Source: Abditibacterium sp.
GTDB taxonomy: Bacteria; Armatimonadota; Abditibacteriia; Abditibacteriales; Abditibacteriaceae
DNA length: 64,000 bases
NCBI GenBank assembly: GCA_965246885.1
Contig: OZ251992.1
Span: forward strand, 2,784,001-2,848,000
Direction of reading: 5' to 3'
The translations under genes were made by a program, and so were the position numbers. How positions within the stretch are numbered: the first letter of the stretch is position 1; each line of letters opens with the position of its first letter. Positions 52,288-62,312 of the stretch are shown one piece after another. A model generated the notes under the pieces. That model had not been told where the DNA came from and ran no database searches. It saw nothing but the letters and a program-made list of their open reading frames with translations.

Positions 52288-54912
52288 ATGCGCCGCTTGC
52301 TTTCTTTTCTGTTCGTCCTCGCCCTCGCGGGGGTGGTGGCGCTCAAGACGGCGGAGTGGACGGCGGAAAACTGGTGGATGGCGTCGTTGGGCTTTGGCGG
52401 CGCGCAAAATTTATATTGGAAGTGGCGGTTGGGGGCGTTTGTTCCGGTCTTCGCGGTGTGGTGGGTATTCATGGGGGGCAATGCGCGTTTGGCGTGGCAC
52501 AACGCGCGCTGGCGCGATGTGTCACTTCCCTTGTTGGGGCCGCGCGCGCTCGTGGGACGGGGGTTGATGTCGTCGGAAGAGAGCGTCCGTTTGGACTCGC
52601 TCGCGCGGCGCGGCGCGACGGGTGGGGTGTTATTGGGCGCGCTCTTGTGCGGCGTGGCGGCGGCAAACCACTTTGACATGTGGGTGCTGGCGCTCCATCC
52701 ACCCACGTTCGAGGGCGACGCGAGCGCGGCGTTTTTGGTGGGCGTGTGGCCCGCGCTGTTGTGGACGTGGAGCGCGCTGGGGGTGCTGTGGCTGTTCACG
52801 TTGGGGTTAGTGGCGGCAATTGCGGCGTTCGAGGGGGTGCTCGACTTCGACACACGGGGGCTGCGCGTGGGCGATGCGACGGCGCGGCACATGGCGGCGC
52901 TGGGCGCCTTACTGCTCTTGTGGATTGGCGGACGGTGCGCCCTTGCGCTTCCGGGCTGGACGGTGAACTACGGCTGGTCACCCGAAGGCGTCAACGGCGT
53001 TTACGAGCGCGCGTTTACCAATCCGGCGCGCGCGGCGTTGGCGTTGGCGGGTCTGGGCGTAGCGCTGTGGTTCGCCCGGAGCGCGCCCAAGCACCCGTTG
53101 CGCGCGCTGGTGGTGGCCGGGGTTTATGCGTTCTGCGCGCTGTTTGTGCCGCTCATCGCGCCGTCGTTTGGGCGCGCTGTGCGCTCGGATAGCTCGCTGG
53201 ATGCAACGCTTCGCGCCGAGCAAACCCGCCACATCGAAGCGACGCGGCGCGCGTGGGGCTTGGATCGAGTCGCGCAGCGCGCCCTAAACGTCGAGACGGC
53301 GGATTTTCTGCCCGCGACGCTTCCATCTCCCGACGATCATCTGATTCCAAGCGTGCCGACGACGGTCGCGTGGCCGAGCGAGGGATTGCGTCGCGCGCTC
53401 GCCGAAGCCGATACCGGCGGGGGTTTGGGTCGCACGCCGGGGGACGTGTTCTTCGTGCGGCAGGGGAAGGCGCTGCGCGCGCAGATCATCGAAGCCAAGG
53501 CCGCGACGAACGGGGTGCAAGCGCCACTTCTGCTCGAATGTGACCCGGCGCGGGCGGGAGTAGTCACGGCGACGCGGCGCGAACTGGATGCCGTCGTGCT
53601 GCAATCGCCTTTTGCGCCCGAAAACGCTCTACCCGCGCCGTCGCCGCAAGCGGGCGAATCGTTGGGAGGCGAGGTGGCAACGCCGCCCGTCGCGGCGCGG
53701 GTGCGGTTGTTGGAGACCGACGATGGGCACGGCGTGACGCGCGCGAACGCCTTGGAGGGCGCGGCGCTCGCGCTGCATTTTGGCGACTCGTCGCTACTGG
53801 GAGCGGGGCCGCCGCTTACGTGGCACCTCGACCCGTTGGAAAGGGTGGCGACTCTCGCGCCCTTCGTGTGGTGGGCGGGCGCGCGGCCTCATCCGGTTCT
53901 AATGAGTGACGGCGGCGCGGGAGCGCCCAAACATTTGTTCTGGCTGGTGGAAGGCTGCTTTGTGGCGCGCTCGTTGCCCGCGTCGGCGATGCTGCCGTTG
54001 GGCGACGAGTGGAGTGGCATCAACTACGCGCGGCAGGGCGTGCTCGGCGTGTGCGACGCGGGAAGCGGCGAAACGCGCTTTTACTTGTTCGATCCGACGG
54101 AGCCGCTCGCGCGGGCGTGGAACGCCCTGCTGCCGGGGTTTTTCCGCCCGGCAAGTGAACTTTTGCCAGCGCTTCGGGCGGGAACGCGCTTGTCACCAGC
54201 GTTGCTCAGCGCCCAAACTACTGTTTGGGCGCGCTACCATCGGGCACCGCGCGGAGAAAAGGAAGCGCTGTTGTGGAGCCAGCGCAAAGACGAGTGGCGC
54301 GCTTTGCCCGGCGACACGAGCGGGCGGGCAACGGCCCTGCAACCGACGCTCCTTGAAAACGCGGGGCGGACGGAACTGGCGCAAATTGCCGCGTTTGCGC
54401 CCACCATCAGCACGCTTCCCGCCGACCAGAACGATGCCCCCCCAAACGCGACCCCTCTCACCGCGATTTTGAGCGCGCGCGACGAAGGGGCAGCGCTTTG
54501 GGCCGACGGCGGGCACCCTGCGCTCACCCAGTGGCGGCCCAAAGACAAGCTCGCTTTGCCCTTGGGCGATGATGCGGCGCCCATGCCCGTGTCGCCTTTG
54601 GGCACCCTAATCTTCGAGAAACGCGCCCTCGCCCTTGCGCTGGACGGCGACGAGAACTGTGTCGGGCTGAGTGTATCGCGCGGCACGGCGCAATCCCAAA
54701 AGGTCAAGGGCGGCGCGCAGTGGACGCTCACCCGAAGTCTCGCTTCCACCAAGGCGCAACTGCCTCCCGCCACCGCGACTGCCGCGCAGTCGGACGCGCG
54801 CATGGCTTCGATTCGCGCGCTGTGGAAAGCGTGGCAAGCCGCGCGCGCGGCGGGCCGCTGGGCACGCGTGGAGGAATTGGAGCGGCAACTGAACAGCGCC
54901 CTCGCGCCCTAA
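52288..54912 (+). CDS. UPF0182 family membrane protein (divergent)
   Basis: ENWWMASLGF, HIEATRRAWGLD, INYARQGVLGVCDAGSGETRFYLFDPTEPL. Confidence 0.75.
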   Translation: MRRLLSFLFVLALAGVVALKTAEWTAENWWMASLGFGGAQNLYWKWRLGAFVPVFAVWWVFMGGNARLAWHNARWRDVSLPLLGPRALVGRGLMSSEESVRLDSLARRGATGGVLLGALLCGVAAANHFDMWVLALHPPTFEGDASAAFLVGVWPALLWTWSALGVLWLFTLGLVAAIAAFEGVLDFDTRGLRVGDATARHMAALGALLLLWIGGRCALALPGWTVNYGWSPEGVNGVYERAFTNPARAALALAGLGVALWFARSAPKHPLRALVVAGVYAFCALFVPLIAPSFGRAVRSDSSLDATLRAEQTRHIEATRRAWGLDRVAQRALNVETADFLPATLPSPDDHLIPSVPTTVAWPSEGLRRALAEADTGGGLGRTPGDVFFVRQGKALRAQIIEAKAATNGVQAPLLLECDPARAGVVTATRRELDAVVLQSPFAPENALPAPSPQAGESLGGEVATPPVAARVRLLETDDGHGVTRANALEGAALALHFGDSSLLGAGPPLTWHLDPLERVATLAPFVWWAGARPHPVLMSDGGAGAPKHLFWLVEGCFVARSLPASAMLPLGDEWSGINYARQGVLGVCDAGSGETRFYLFDPTEPLARAWNALLPGFFRPASELLPALRAGTRLSPALLSAQTTVWARYHRAPRGEKEALLWSQRKDEWRALPGDTSGRATALQPTLLENAGRTELAQIAAFAPTISTLPADQNDAPPNATPLTAILSARDEGAALWADGGHPALTQWRPKDKLALPLGDDAAPMPVSPLGTLIFEKRALALALDGDENCVGLSVSRGTAQSQKVKGGAQWTLTRSLASTKAQLPPATATAAQSDARMASIRALWKAWQAARAAGRWARVEELERQLNSALAP

Positions 54913-54974
54913 ACCCGCGCGGCACCCTTTCCGAAGAAACGAACCCCGCGCCATCCTCACGCGTTGGAGAGGGC

Positions 54975-55742
54975 ATGAACCTTTTATCCGACGCGCAAAG
55001 ACTTCACCTGCAAGCCGCCTTTCCCGCCCGCGACTGGCTCGAAGCCCAAGCGCCCCAAGCCATCTTGCGCTGGTCGCTCGAAACCTATGGCGCCGAGTTA
55101 ACAATGGCTACTGCCTTTGGCGCCGAAGGGTGCGCGCTCTTAGGCATGCTGGCCCACATCCGCGACGAAACTGGCCTTTTGCCCGACGTCTTCAACCTCG
55201 ACACCGGCTACCAATTCGACGAGACACTGGACTTGAAGCGCCGCATTGAGGACAAGTATGGCTTCGCCATTCGCGCCATTCAACCCGACGATGCCATTCA
55301 GAACGCCGAAGCAGACTCGCAGAGCATCTTCAGCCAACCGCTTTATCAGTCGCAGCCCAATTTGTGCTGCTTTTTCCGCAAAGTCGTGCCCTTAGCAGGC
55401 GCTGTCGCGGGGTTCGACGCGTGGATTACCGCCATTCGCCGCGACCAAACGCCCGAACGCGCCAATGCCCCCATCGTCGGCTTCGATTCACAATTTCCCC
55501 TCGTCAAAATTAACCCGCTCGCCAACTGGAGCAAAGCGCAGGTGTGGGATTACATCCGCGCTCACGACGTTCCCTTCAACCCGCTCCACGAGCAAGGCTT
55601 CCCGTCCATCGGCTGCTGGCCCTGCACCCGCGCTGTCCAAGCTGGCGAGGACGACCGCGCCGGACGCTGGGCCGGAAGTGACAAGCGCGAGTGCGGCATC
55701 CACGTGGATTTGGGCGGCAAAGCGAGCCTTAGTCGCTCGTGA
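54975..55742 (+). CDS. cysH: APS/PAPS reductase (CC and CxxC motifs indicate Fe-S APS type)
   Basis: LDTGYQFDET, CCFFRKV, SIGCWPCT, RAGRW, ECGIH. Confidence 0.93.
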   Translation: MNLLSDAQRLHLQAAFPARDWLEAQAPQAILRWSLETYGAELTMATAFGAEGCALLGMLAHIRDETGLLPDVFNLDTGYQFDETLDLKRRIEDKYGFAIRAIQPDDAIQNAEADSQSIFSQPLYQSQPNLCCFFRKVVPLAGAVAGFDAWITAIRRDQTPERANAPIVGFDSQFPLVKINPLANWSKAQVWDYIRAHDVPFNPLHEQGFPSIGCWPCTRAVQAGEDDRAGRWAGSDKRECGIHVDLGGKASLSRS

Positions 55743-55935
55743 TGATGGGCATTGTTGGGGCGTGCGGGTCGGTGCGGTCGCGCTCCAGCACGCCTTCTTG
55801 CTCGACCTGCGCGGGCGAGTCGGCGACGCCGGAGTGACCGATTTCTTCGATGAGACCTTGCACTTCGCCGGGACGGGTGCCGATTTGCATCGGTTGCGCG
55901 GCGCTTGGCTCTTGCGGGGTATTGGATTGGGACAT
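55729..55935 (-). CDS. Small acidic hypothetical protein
   Basis: 68 aa MSQSNTPQEP..., GGAG upstream of ATG. Confidence 0.6.
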   Translation of the reverse strand: MSQSNTPQEPSAAQPMQIGTRPGEVQGLIEEIGHSGVADSPAQVEQEGVLERDRTDPHAPTMPIITSD

Positions 55936-56313
55936 GGTGCTTCTCCGCTTGCGGCACCGCAAAATCCGCTCCATCCTCGGCGCGAAACAAGCGCGCCCCA
56001 AACGGAAGTAACTTTTACCCACGCGAAATTTATGCGAAACGGAGAGGGCGTATTCTTTAACACGACAAGGGCAGAGGTCGAATGTCGCACCCCAATTGCG
56101 CAAGCCGGTTGGGCGGCGGCGGGAAGCCGAAGCGAGTTCCTCGTGGGGCCGATCCAAGTTCCTGCCGCCTGTCCGCACCTTTTCAACCTGTTTCGCGCCG
56201 CGCCCGTTCCCCGTCACTTCCGTTTGAACTGGAATCAAACGTGCCCCGTTTCCTCTGCTTGCCCGTCCGTCTCCAAGGCGTTTCCAGCGCCCAACGAGCG
56301 TAGCGCGAATCAA

Positions 56314-56346
56314 GAAGCCGCCCCGAAACACTTCGGGGCGGCTTTT
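56314..56346. terminator. Probable bidirectional terminator
   Basis: GAAGCCGCCCCGAA-ACAC-TTCGGGGCGGCTTTT. Confidence 0.8.
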
Positions 56347-56363
56347 GTTGTTCTGTTAGCGGT

Positions 56364-56609
56364 TTACTCCTTGCCGCGCCCGGTTTTTTCTTGCAGTTCG
56401 TCTATGCGAAGCGACGCTTGCGCTTTGGAAAGCGTGTCGTTGAACGGCTCGCCCGCCTGGTCGGAGAGGGTTTTCAGGTAGGACTTTTGGGCGCCGGTCA
56501 TCGGTTCGTCGCCGGTTGCCCAGTCGTGCGGGTCTTTGACGGCGTTGGAGTTGTCGGCGCTGTCGATAGCGTCGTGTTCGGTGGGCTGAGATTCGTTTTG
56601 TTTGCTCAT
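56364..56609 (-). CDS. DUF3072 family protein
   Basis: KDPHDWATGDEPMTGAQKSYLKTL...LSKAQASLRIDEL. Confidence 0.88.
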   Translation of the reverse strand: MSKQNESQPTEHDAIDSADNSNAVKDPHDWATGDEPMTGAQKSYLKTLSDQAGEPFNDTLSKAQASLRIDELQEKTGRGKE

Positions 56610-56667
56610 GGTGAAACCATCCATGAAGCAAAGTGCGGGCCAGCCTTACACTGCGCGGCCATTCATC

Positions 56668-58359
56668 ATGCGTCAATCGAAATTCTTCGCCCCCACCTTG
56701 CGCGCCGCCAAAGCCGATAACGAAGCGCACGCCCTGCTGTTGCGCGGCGCGTATGTCCGGCAACTCGCCGCCGGTATCTATTCGTATCTGCCCCTTGGCT
56801 TGCGGGTGCTTGCCAAAATCGAGAACATCGTGCGCGAGGAAATGAACCGCGCGGGCGCTGTCGAACTGCTGATGCCCGCCCTCTCGCCGCAAGAGCTATG
56901 GCGCGAAACGGGGCGCGACTCGCTCGACATCCTCTTCAACCTGCAAGACGGCAAAGGCTCCGACTACCTGCTGGCGCCCACGCACGAAGAGGTCGTAACC
57001 GACATCGTGCGCGCCTCGATTTCCAGCTACAAACAGTTGCCGGTCACGCTTTATCAGATACAAACCAAGTTCCGCGATGAGCCGCGCCCGCGCGCGGGGT
57101 TGCTCCGGGGCCGCGAGTTCGTGATGAAAGACGCCTACTCCTTCGACGCGGACTTAGCGGGGCTGGACAAGTCGTTCGATGCGATGGTCGCCGCCTACAA
57201 GACGATTTTCGCGCGCTGCGGTTTGACGACGCAGATCGTGGACGCGGCGGGCGGCGGCATCGGCGGCTTCGACACCAAGGAGTTTATGGCGCTGTCGCCG
57301 TCGGGCGAAGACTTGATCTTGTTCTGCGAGGCGGACGGCTACGCCGCGAACTTAGAGTTGGCGACCTCGAAGCTACCGCCCGTTCCCGACAGGACGGACA
57401 TTGGGGGAGAGTTGCAGGAGTTCGCCACGCCGGACATCCGCACCATCGAAGACTTAGCGAACTTCGAGGGCGGCGCGGCGGCGGTGCATCAAATCAAGAC
57501 GCTCGTGTATGTCGCGGACGACGCGCCTGTCCTCGCGCTGTTGCGCGGCGACCACCAGTTGGTGGAAACGAAGTTAGCAGCGGCAACCGGCGCCGGAAAG
57601 CTGCGCCCCGCCACGCCCGATGAGATATTCGCGCTGCTCGGCGCGCATCCCGGCTCCCTCGGCGCGGTGGGCGTCGAAAGGGTGCCGGTGTTGGCCGACT
57701 TAGAGCTGCGCGGGCGCGAAGCAATGACGACGGGCGCCAACCGCGACGGCTTCCACCTACGCGGGGTGAGCATGGCGCGCGACATCCCGAACGCGCGCTT
57801 CGTGGATTTGCGCGAAGCGCGCGAGGGCGAGGGGTCGCCCCTCGGCGGCGGCACGCTGAGCAGCGCAAAGGCCATCGAACTGGGCCACGTTTTTAAGTTG
57901 GGCAACAAGTATTCCAAAGCGATGAACGCCCAAATTCTGGACGCCCAAGGCAAATCGCAAATAATCGAGATGGGCTGTTATGGCATCGGCGTGTCGCGCA
58001 TCATCGCCACCGTCGCCGACGCCCTCCGAGACGAGCGCGGCCCGATTTGGCCCCGCGAAATCGCGCCGTTCGCCGTCCACTTGCTGCTCCTCGAAAAGGA
58101 AGATGCCGTAATGGAAGCCGCCGAGAGCCTCTACACCGAGCTAACCGGCGCGGGCTTCGATGTCCTTTTTGACGACCGCCGCGAAAGCCCCGGGACCAAG
58201 TTCGCCGACGCCGATCTCATCGGCTCCCCCGTGCGAATCATGGCGGGCCGGACAACCAAGGACAACGGCGCCTTGGAAATCCGCACCCGCGCGAGCAAGG
58301 ACACCGAACAAGTCGCGGCGGCGGATGTCGTCGCGCGGGTGCGGGAGATGTTAGGTTAG
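56668..58359 (+). CDS. proS: Prolyl-tRNA synthetase with editing insertion
   Basis: LAPTHEE, QIQTKFRDEPRPR, REFVMKDAYSF, IELGHVFKLG, MGCYGIGVSR. Confidence 0.98.
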   Translation: MRQSKFFAPTLRAAKADNEAHALLLRGAYVRQLAAGIYSYLPLGLRVLAKIENIVREEMNRAGAVELLMPALSPQELWRETGRDSLDILFNLQDGKGSDYLLAPTHEEVVTDIVRASISSYKQLPVTLYQIQTKFRDEPRPRAGLLRGREFVMKDAYSFDADLAGLDKSFDAMVAAYKTIFARCGLTTQIVDAAGGGIGGFDTKEFMALSPSGEDLILFCEADGYAANLELATSKLPPVPDRTDIGGELQEFATPDIRTIEDLANFEGGAAAVHQIKTLVYVADDAPVLALLRGDHQLVETKLAAATGAGKLRPATPDEIFALLGAHPGSLGAVGVERVPVLADLELRGREAMTTGANRDGFHLRGVSMARDIPNARFVDLREAREGEGSPLGGGTLSSAKAIELGHVFKLGNKYSKAMNAQILDAQGKSQIIEMGCYGIGVSRIIATVADALRDERGPIWPREIAPFAVHLLLLEKEDAVMEAAESLYTELTGAGFDVLFDDRRESPGTKFADADLIGSPVRIMAGRTTKDNGALEIRTRASKDTEQVAAADVVARVREMLG

Positions 58360-58367
58360 AACGTCGG

Positions 58368-58763
58368 ATGAGGCAGGACGCTTATATGGCACTCATCAAA
58401 GCCTTTCATGTAGTCAATTTCGCGCTGCTGACCTTTTACGGCACGCGCGTTGTTTATGGCTTGCACGGGAACGCGCTGACTTATTGGTGGCTTTACGCGG
58501 GGTTATTGTGCGGACTGTTATTGAACAACATTTGGTGTGCTCGCCTTCTCATTCTGCCGCCGCTTGTCATCGTTGGGTGGACGGCGCCGATGGTGCTTTA
58601 CAACTTCACCGCTTTTGCGACGCGCGACCCGCTCTATCTGGACTCGCCCGCCACAATTATCGTCGTCGCCATCGTCGCGCTTTTTGTGACTGTGCCTTCG
58701 ACAGTTGTGCTGTGGGCGTATTGGCACGAGCGACGACAAATCTTCGGTTCCAAGAAGGCATAA
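58368..58763 (+). CDS. Small membrane protein
   Basis: 131 aa, about four hydrophobic segments, 8 nt after proS. Confidence 0.65.
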   Translation: MRQDAYMALIKAFHVVNFALLTFYGTRVVYGLHGNALTYWWLYAGLLCGLLLNNIWCARLLILPPLVIVGWTAPMVLYNFTAFATRDPLYLDSPATIIVVAIVALFVTVPSTVVLWAYWHERRQIFGSKKA

Positions 58764-58798
58764 GCACGACCGCGCTTATGCTCTGGGTGAGAGAAATC

Positions 58799-58920
58799 GG
58801 TAAACCAACGAAAGAGTTGCGTATTTCTTCGGAAGAAACAAAGAAATCAAGCGGAGAAAGAGGTAAATCTTCCTTTCGGCGACGTAATTCTTCCGGCGAG
58901 AGACCTCTCTCATCCGCCCA
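58799..58920. repeat. Degenerate 21-nt period array
   Basis: Units at 58799, 58820, 58841, 58862, 58883, 58904 near SGTAAATCTTCCGGNGANAGA. Confidence 0.65.
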
Positions 58921-58925
58921 TCCGC

Positions 58926-59711
58926 TTAATCCACGACCCCGCCGAGTTCCCTGAAACGTTGCCGCGCGGCGGCGACCGTTTTTTCTTTGATGTTTTCCGG
59001 CGAAAAGTCGGAGATGGCGGAGTGCGGGAAGACGAACATCAGGACGCCCTCGTCTATGCCGTTGACGATTTGGCGGCGCCCGTCGCGCTCTTCCCAAGGG
59101 TCGAAGCCAAGCGCTTCGCTCAAGGCGACGGAGCCTTCGCCGATGATGTGCTTGGGGCCTTCATCCGCGAAAACGGCGTAGGCGACTTTGCCTTCCCAGA
59201 CAACCGCCGCGACGTCGCCCAGTTCGATGCCCATATCTTTGTAAAAGCCGAGCGGAAGCACGATGTAGGGCACTTTTTCGGAGTCTATCCACCCGTCGTC
59301 GCCGTCTTTGTTCGGGTAGGCCAAGGACGTTTCGCGCTGGCCGGAGTCGGGGTCAATGAGGTTGTAGCGCGGCGAGCCGTCGGCGTCGGTTTCCATGCGG
59401 CCATCTATAAACAGCGTGCCATCAGGCAAGCGCAGCATTTTCTTGTAGCCCTTCAAGCGGCGATTAAGGGGCGTGGCCTGTGAAAGTAAGTCGTTGATGC
59501 GTCCCAAGCGCGCGACCGACTCAGAAGGCGCTTTGTAGTCGGCGCGCGGGCGAGCGGGGAGTTGTCCGGGAGCGCCGGGCGCGGGCGGCAGGGAAGCGAC
59601 GGGCGAGGGTTGCGCGTGCGCGGGGCGGGAAGAATGGAGCAATGACCCGCCACTAACGACGGTCAAAAGCGCGCCCAAGACGGCGGCGTTCTTTTTGGAG
59701 CAGAGTTTCAT
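58926..59711 (-). CDS. Secreted GH75 (chitosanase-like) glycoside hydrolase
   Basis: METDADG, IDSEKVPYIVLP, AVFADEGP, GEGSVAL; signal peptide. Confidence 0.78.
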   Translation of the reverse strand: MKLCSKKNAAVLGALLTVVSGGSLLHSSRPAHAQPSPVASLPPAPGAPGQLPARPRADYKAPSESVARLGRINDLLSQATPLNRRLKGYKKMLRLPDGTLFIDGRMETDADGSPRYNLIDPDSGQRETSLAYPNKDGDDGWIDSEKVPYIVLPLGFYKDMGIELGDVAAVVWEGKVAYAVFADEGPKHIIGEGSVALSEALGFDPWEERDGRRQIVNGIDEGVLMFVFPHSAISDFSPENIKEKTVAAARQRFRELGGVVD

Positions 59712-59807
59712 GCGCGGGATTAGAGGCTTCAAATTGGCCTTTTACTCGCTCCCCGGCCCAAGGAAAGTCGAGGAAAGACAACGCTCCCCCCTCATCGGCG
59801 TGCGCGG

Positions 59808-60377
59808 TCAAGTTTTCATCTCGTCGTCGCGTTGGAGTTTCGAGCCAATCGGCCCACTTTGTCCAGCGTATTTACCGCGATAGGGGCGGCTCGACGGCGA
59901 CGAGATGCGCTCGAAAGTCATCGAGCAAATCCGCATATTCGGATACAGCGCGACGGGCATTGGCCCGATGTTGCCAAGCTCCATCACGCACTTGCCGACA
60001 AAGCCCGGAAAAAACATTGGCGCCGTGCCATGAACGATGATGCCCAGCCGCCCAAGCGACGAGCGTCCCTCCAAGCGTCCAAGCATATCCGAGGGCAGGG
60101 AAATCTCCTCGATGGTCGCCGCCAACACCAACTCCTGCGGGTGCATAATGAATGGCTTGTCTTCCTCGACGCGAATGACGCGCGTAAATTCATCCCAGTT
60201 GATCTGCCCGCGCGGGTCAATGAGCGGCGTGCGCACCCGCTCGAAAACGCGGAACTCGTGTCCCAGCCGCAAATCGAGCGAGCAAGCCCCCATCTGGGCC
60301 GAGAAATCAGGGAAAGGCTCAATCTTTAAGTCGCCCACCCGGAGCGCCGCCTCGATGTCCACGTCTGAAAGAACCAT
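59808..60377 (-). CDS. dcd: dCTP deaminase
   Basis: MVLSDVDI, SLDLRLG, EGRSSLGRLGIIVH. Confidence 0.94.
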   Translation of the reverse strand: MVLSDVDIEAALRVGDLKIEPFPDFSAQMGACSLDLRLGHEFRVFERVRTPLIDPRGQINWDEFTRVIRVEEDKPFIMHPQELVLAATIEEISLPSDMLGRLEGRSSLGRLGIIVHGTAPMFFPGFVGKCVMELGNIGPMPVALYPNMRICSMTFERISSPSSRPYRGKYAGQSGPIGSKLQRDDEMKT

Positions 60378-60425
60378 TGGCGCCGAGTATAAAAAGTGCC
60401 CCCGAAAAAAACTTGCGAAAAAAGG

Positions 60426-60453
60426 TTTAAAACGTAGGCCAGAGGGGTATAAT
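60426..60453 (+). promoter_or_regulatory. Possible sigma70 promoter
   Basis: TTTAAA-N16-TATAAT in AT-rich divergent spacer. Confidence 0.4.
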
Positions 60454-60497
60454 AATCTCTGTTGGAGTTGCAGAACTCCAAAATACACCGAATCATC

Positions 60498-61286
60498 ATG
60501 AAAAATTCACAGCGTAGGGCTGCGTTTACCCTCATAGAATTGCTCGTCGTCATCGCTATCATCGCCATTCTTGCGGCAATTTTGTTTCCTGCTTTTGCCA
60601 GAGCCCGCGAAAACGCGCGTCGCGCCTCCTGCCAGTCCAACCTCAAGCAAATCGGCTTGGGCCTCTTGCAGTATGTGCAGGATTACGATGAGCGTTTCCC
60701 GTCGACCGACAATGGGAGCGTTACCATCAACGGCGTGACTATAGCTACGGCCGCTTGGCAAATCGTGCTACAGCCTTACGTGAAGAGCACGCAGCTTTTC
60801 GTGTGTCCATCTAACACGGCGGCGGGCGCGAGCAGCAACTCGACGGTTAGAAACACGGGCGGTTTGATCAAACGCTCTTACATGACGATCGGTGCGGGGT
60901 CATTCACCGGTAGCGGCGCGTATGGCGGCCAAACCGTTATCAACGAAGCCGGAAGCGGCGGCGGTTTGGCGCAGTCCGCAATAAATAATCCCGCCACAAC
61001 GCTCATCGTTATTGAGCAGAACTCCACCGCCAGCAATGGCGACTACCCGTTCACCTATCAGCCAAGCGAGTTAAGTAACGGCGACGTTTTGCTTACTAAC
61101 CACTTGTCGTTCTCCAACTACTTGTTCACCGATGGGCACGTTAAGTCGCTCAAGCCCATTTCCACAGGTGTTCCCATCAATATGTGGAATGCGGACAACA
61201 CGTCAACTTCGGGCGCGGGCACTCCCGGCCCCGCGACTGGCGGTCTGCTGACGGCCCTGCAATACCAGCAAACCCAATTGCAGTAG
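60498..61286 (+). CDS. DUF1559 prepilin-type N-terminal methylation / H-X9-DG protein
   Basis: [56 protein letters not shown]. Confidence 0.92.
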   Translation: MKNSQRRAAFTLIELLVVIAIIAILAAILFPAFARARENARRASCQSNLKQIGLGLLQYVQDYDERFPSTDNGSVTINGVTIATAAWQIVLQPYVKSTQLFVCPSNTAAGASSNSTVRNTGGLIKRSYMTIGAGSFTGSGAYGGQTVINEAGSGGGLAQSAINNPATTLIVIEQNSTASNGDYPFTYQPSELSNGDVLLTNHLSFSNYLFTDGHVKSLKPISTGVPINMWNADNTSTSGAGTPGPATGGLLTALQYQQTQLQ

Positions 61287-61305
61287 GAGTTCCAAACTTC
61301 AACCG

Positions 61306-61335
61306 AACGGCCCGCAACACGTGTTGCGGGCCGTT
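61306..61335 (+). terminator. Perfect 30-bp palindrome after DUF1559 gene
   Basis: AACGGCCCGCAACAC-GTGTTGCGGGCCGTT. Confidence 0.65.
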
Positions 61336-61353
61336 TGCGTTTAACTGCTTTCC

Positions 61354-62226
61354 ATGCTGCTTTCTCCCGCGCAATTGCAAACCCTTGACGCCCTCGCGCT
61401 GCAGGCGCGCAAGGCGTTCACCGGCTCGTCCAAGGGGGAGAAGCGTTCGACCAAGCGCGGCTCGTCGGTGGAGTTCGCGGACTTTCGCTCGTATAACGCG
61501 GGCGACGACATCCGGCGCATTGACTGGAACGCGTACGCGCGCTTCGACAAGCTCTTTTTGAAGATGTTCTTGGAAGAGGAAGACCTCGACCTCTCGCTTC
61601 TGGTGGACGCTTCGGCTTCCATGTCGTTCGGCAATCCCACCAAACTACGCGCGGCGTGTCAGGTGGCGGGCGCGTTGGGATACGTGGGACTCGCCAACTT
61701 CGACCGCGTGTCGTGCGCGACGTTCGGGGAATCCACGCGCGCGCAGTTCCCGCCCTCGCGCGGCAAGGGCGCGGCGGGGCAATTGTTCAAGTTCCTCGAA
61801 GCGCCCGAAGCGGTGGGCCGCGCCGATTTCGCCGAAGTCACGCGCCGCGTCACCCTCGCCGCCAAGCGGTCGGGCGTGTGCGTGGTTGTTTCCGACTTCC
61901 TCTTTCCCGAAGGCTTCGAGCGCGGCCTCAAAACCCTCGCCGCGCGCGGCTTTGAAACGACCGTTATCCAACTCCTCGCGCGCGAAGAACTCGAACCCAC
62001 CCTCACCGGCGACCTCAAACTGGTGGACGCCGAAACCGGCACGGTCAAAGAAATCTCCGTCACTGCGTCGCTGCTCCGCGCTTATAAAGCGAACCTCGAC
62101 GCTTACACGGCGAACCTGCGCTCCTTTTGCTTGCGCTACGGCATGAACTACGTGCTGATTGGCAACGACACGCCCATCGAAGACACCGTCGGAAAAATGC
62201 TGCGAGGCGCAGGCGTCGTCAAATAA
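61354..62226 (+). CDS. DUF58 (vWA-like) protein
   Basis: GSSVEFADFRSYNAGDDIRRIDWN, VDASASM, VSDF. Confidence 0.92.
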   Translation: MLLSPAQLQTLDALALQARKAFTGSSKGEKRSTKRGSSVEFADFRSYNAGDDIRRIDWNAYARFDKLFLKMFLEEEDLDLSLLVDASASMSFGNPTKLRAACQVAGALGYVGLANFDRVSCATFGESTRAQFPPSRGKGAAGQLFKFLEAPEAVGRADFAEVTRRVTLAAKRSGVCVVVSDFLFPEGFERGLKTLAARGFETTVIQLLAREELEPTLTGDLKLVDAETGTVKEISVTASLLRAYKANLDAYTANLRSFCLRYGMNYVLIGNDTPIEDTVGKMLRGAGVVK

Positions 62227-62239
62227 GTTTGAGCCACAA

Positions 62240-62311
62240 GAACCCAGAGCGTGAGCGACGGGCACGCGAGAGTGGACTTTCCCGCGTGCCCGTCGCTCAC
62301 GCTCTGGGTTC
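62240..62311. repeat. REP doublet, family C
   Basis: Perfect 29-bp arms GAACCCAGAGCGTGAGCGACGGGCACGCG / CGCGTGCCCGTCGCTCACGCTCTGGGTTC. Confidence 0.9.
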
Positions 62312-62312
62312 C

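Noticed and set aside
61354..62226. DUF58 as partner of the MoxR at 26 kb
   Set aside because: 34 kb apart, and that ATPase looks RavA/bpX-type rather than the MoxR-proper type usually linked with DUF58.
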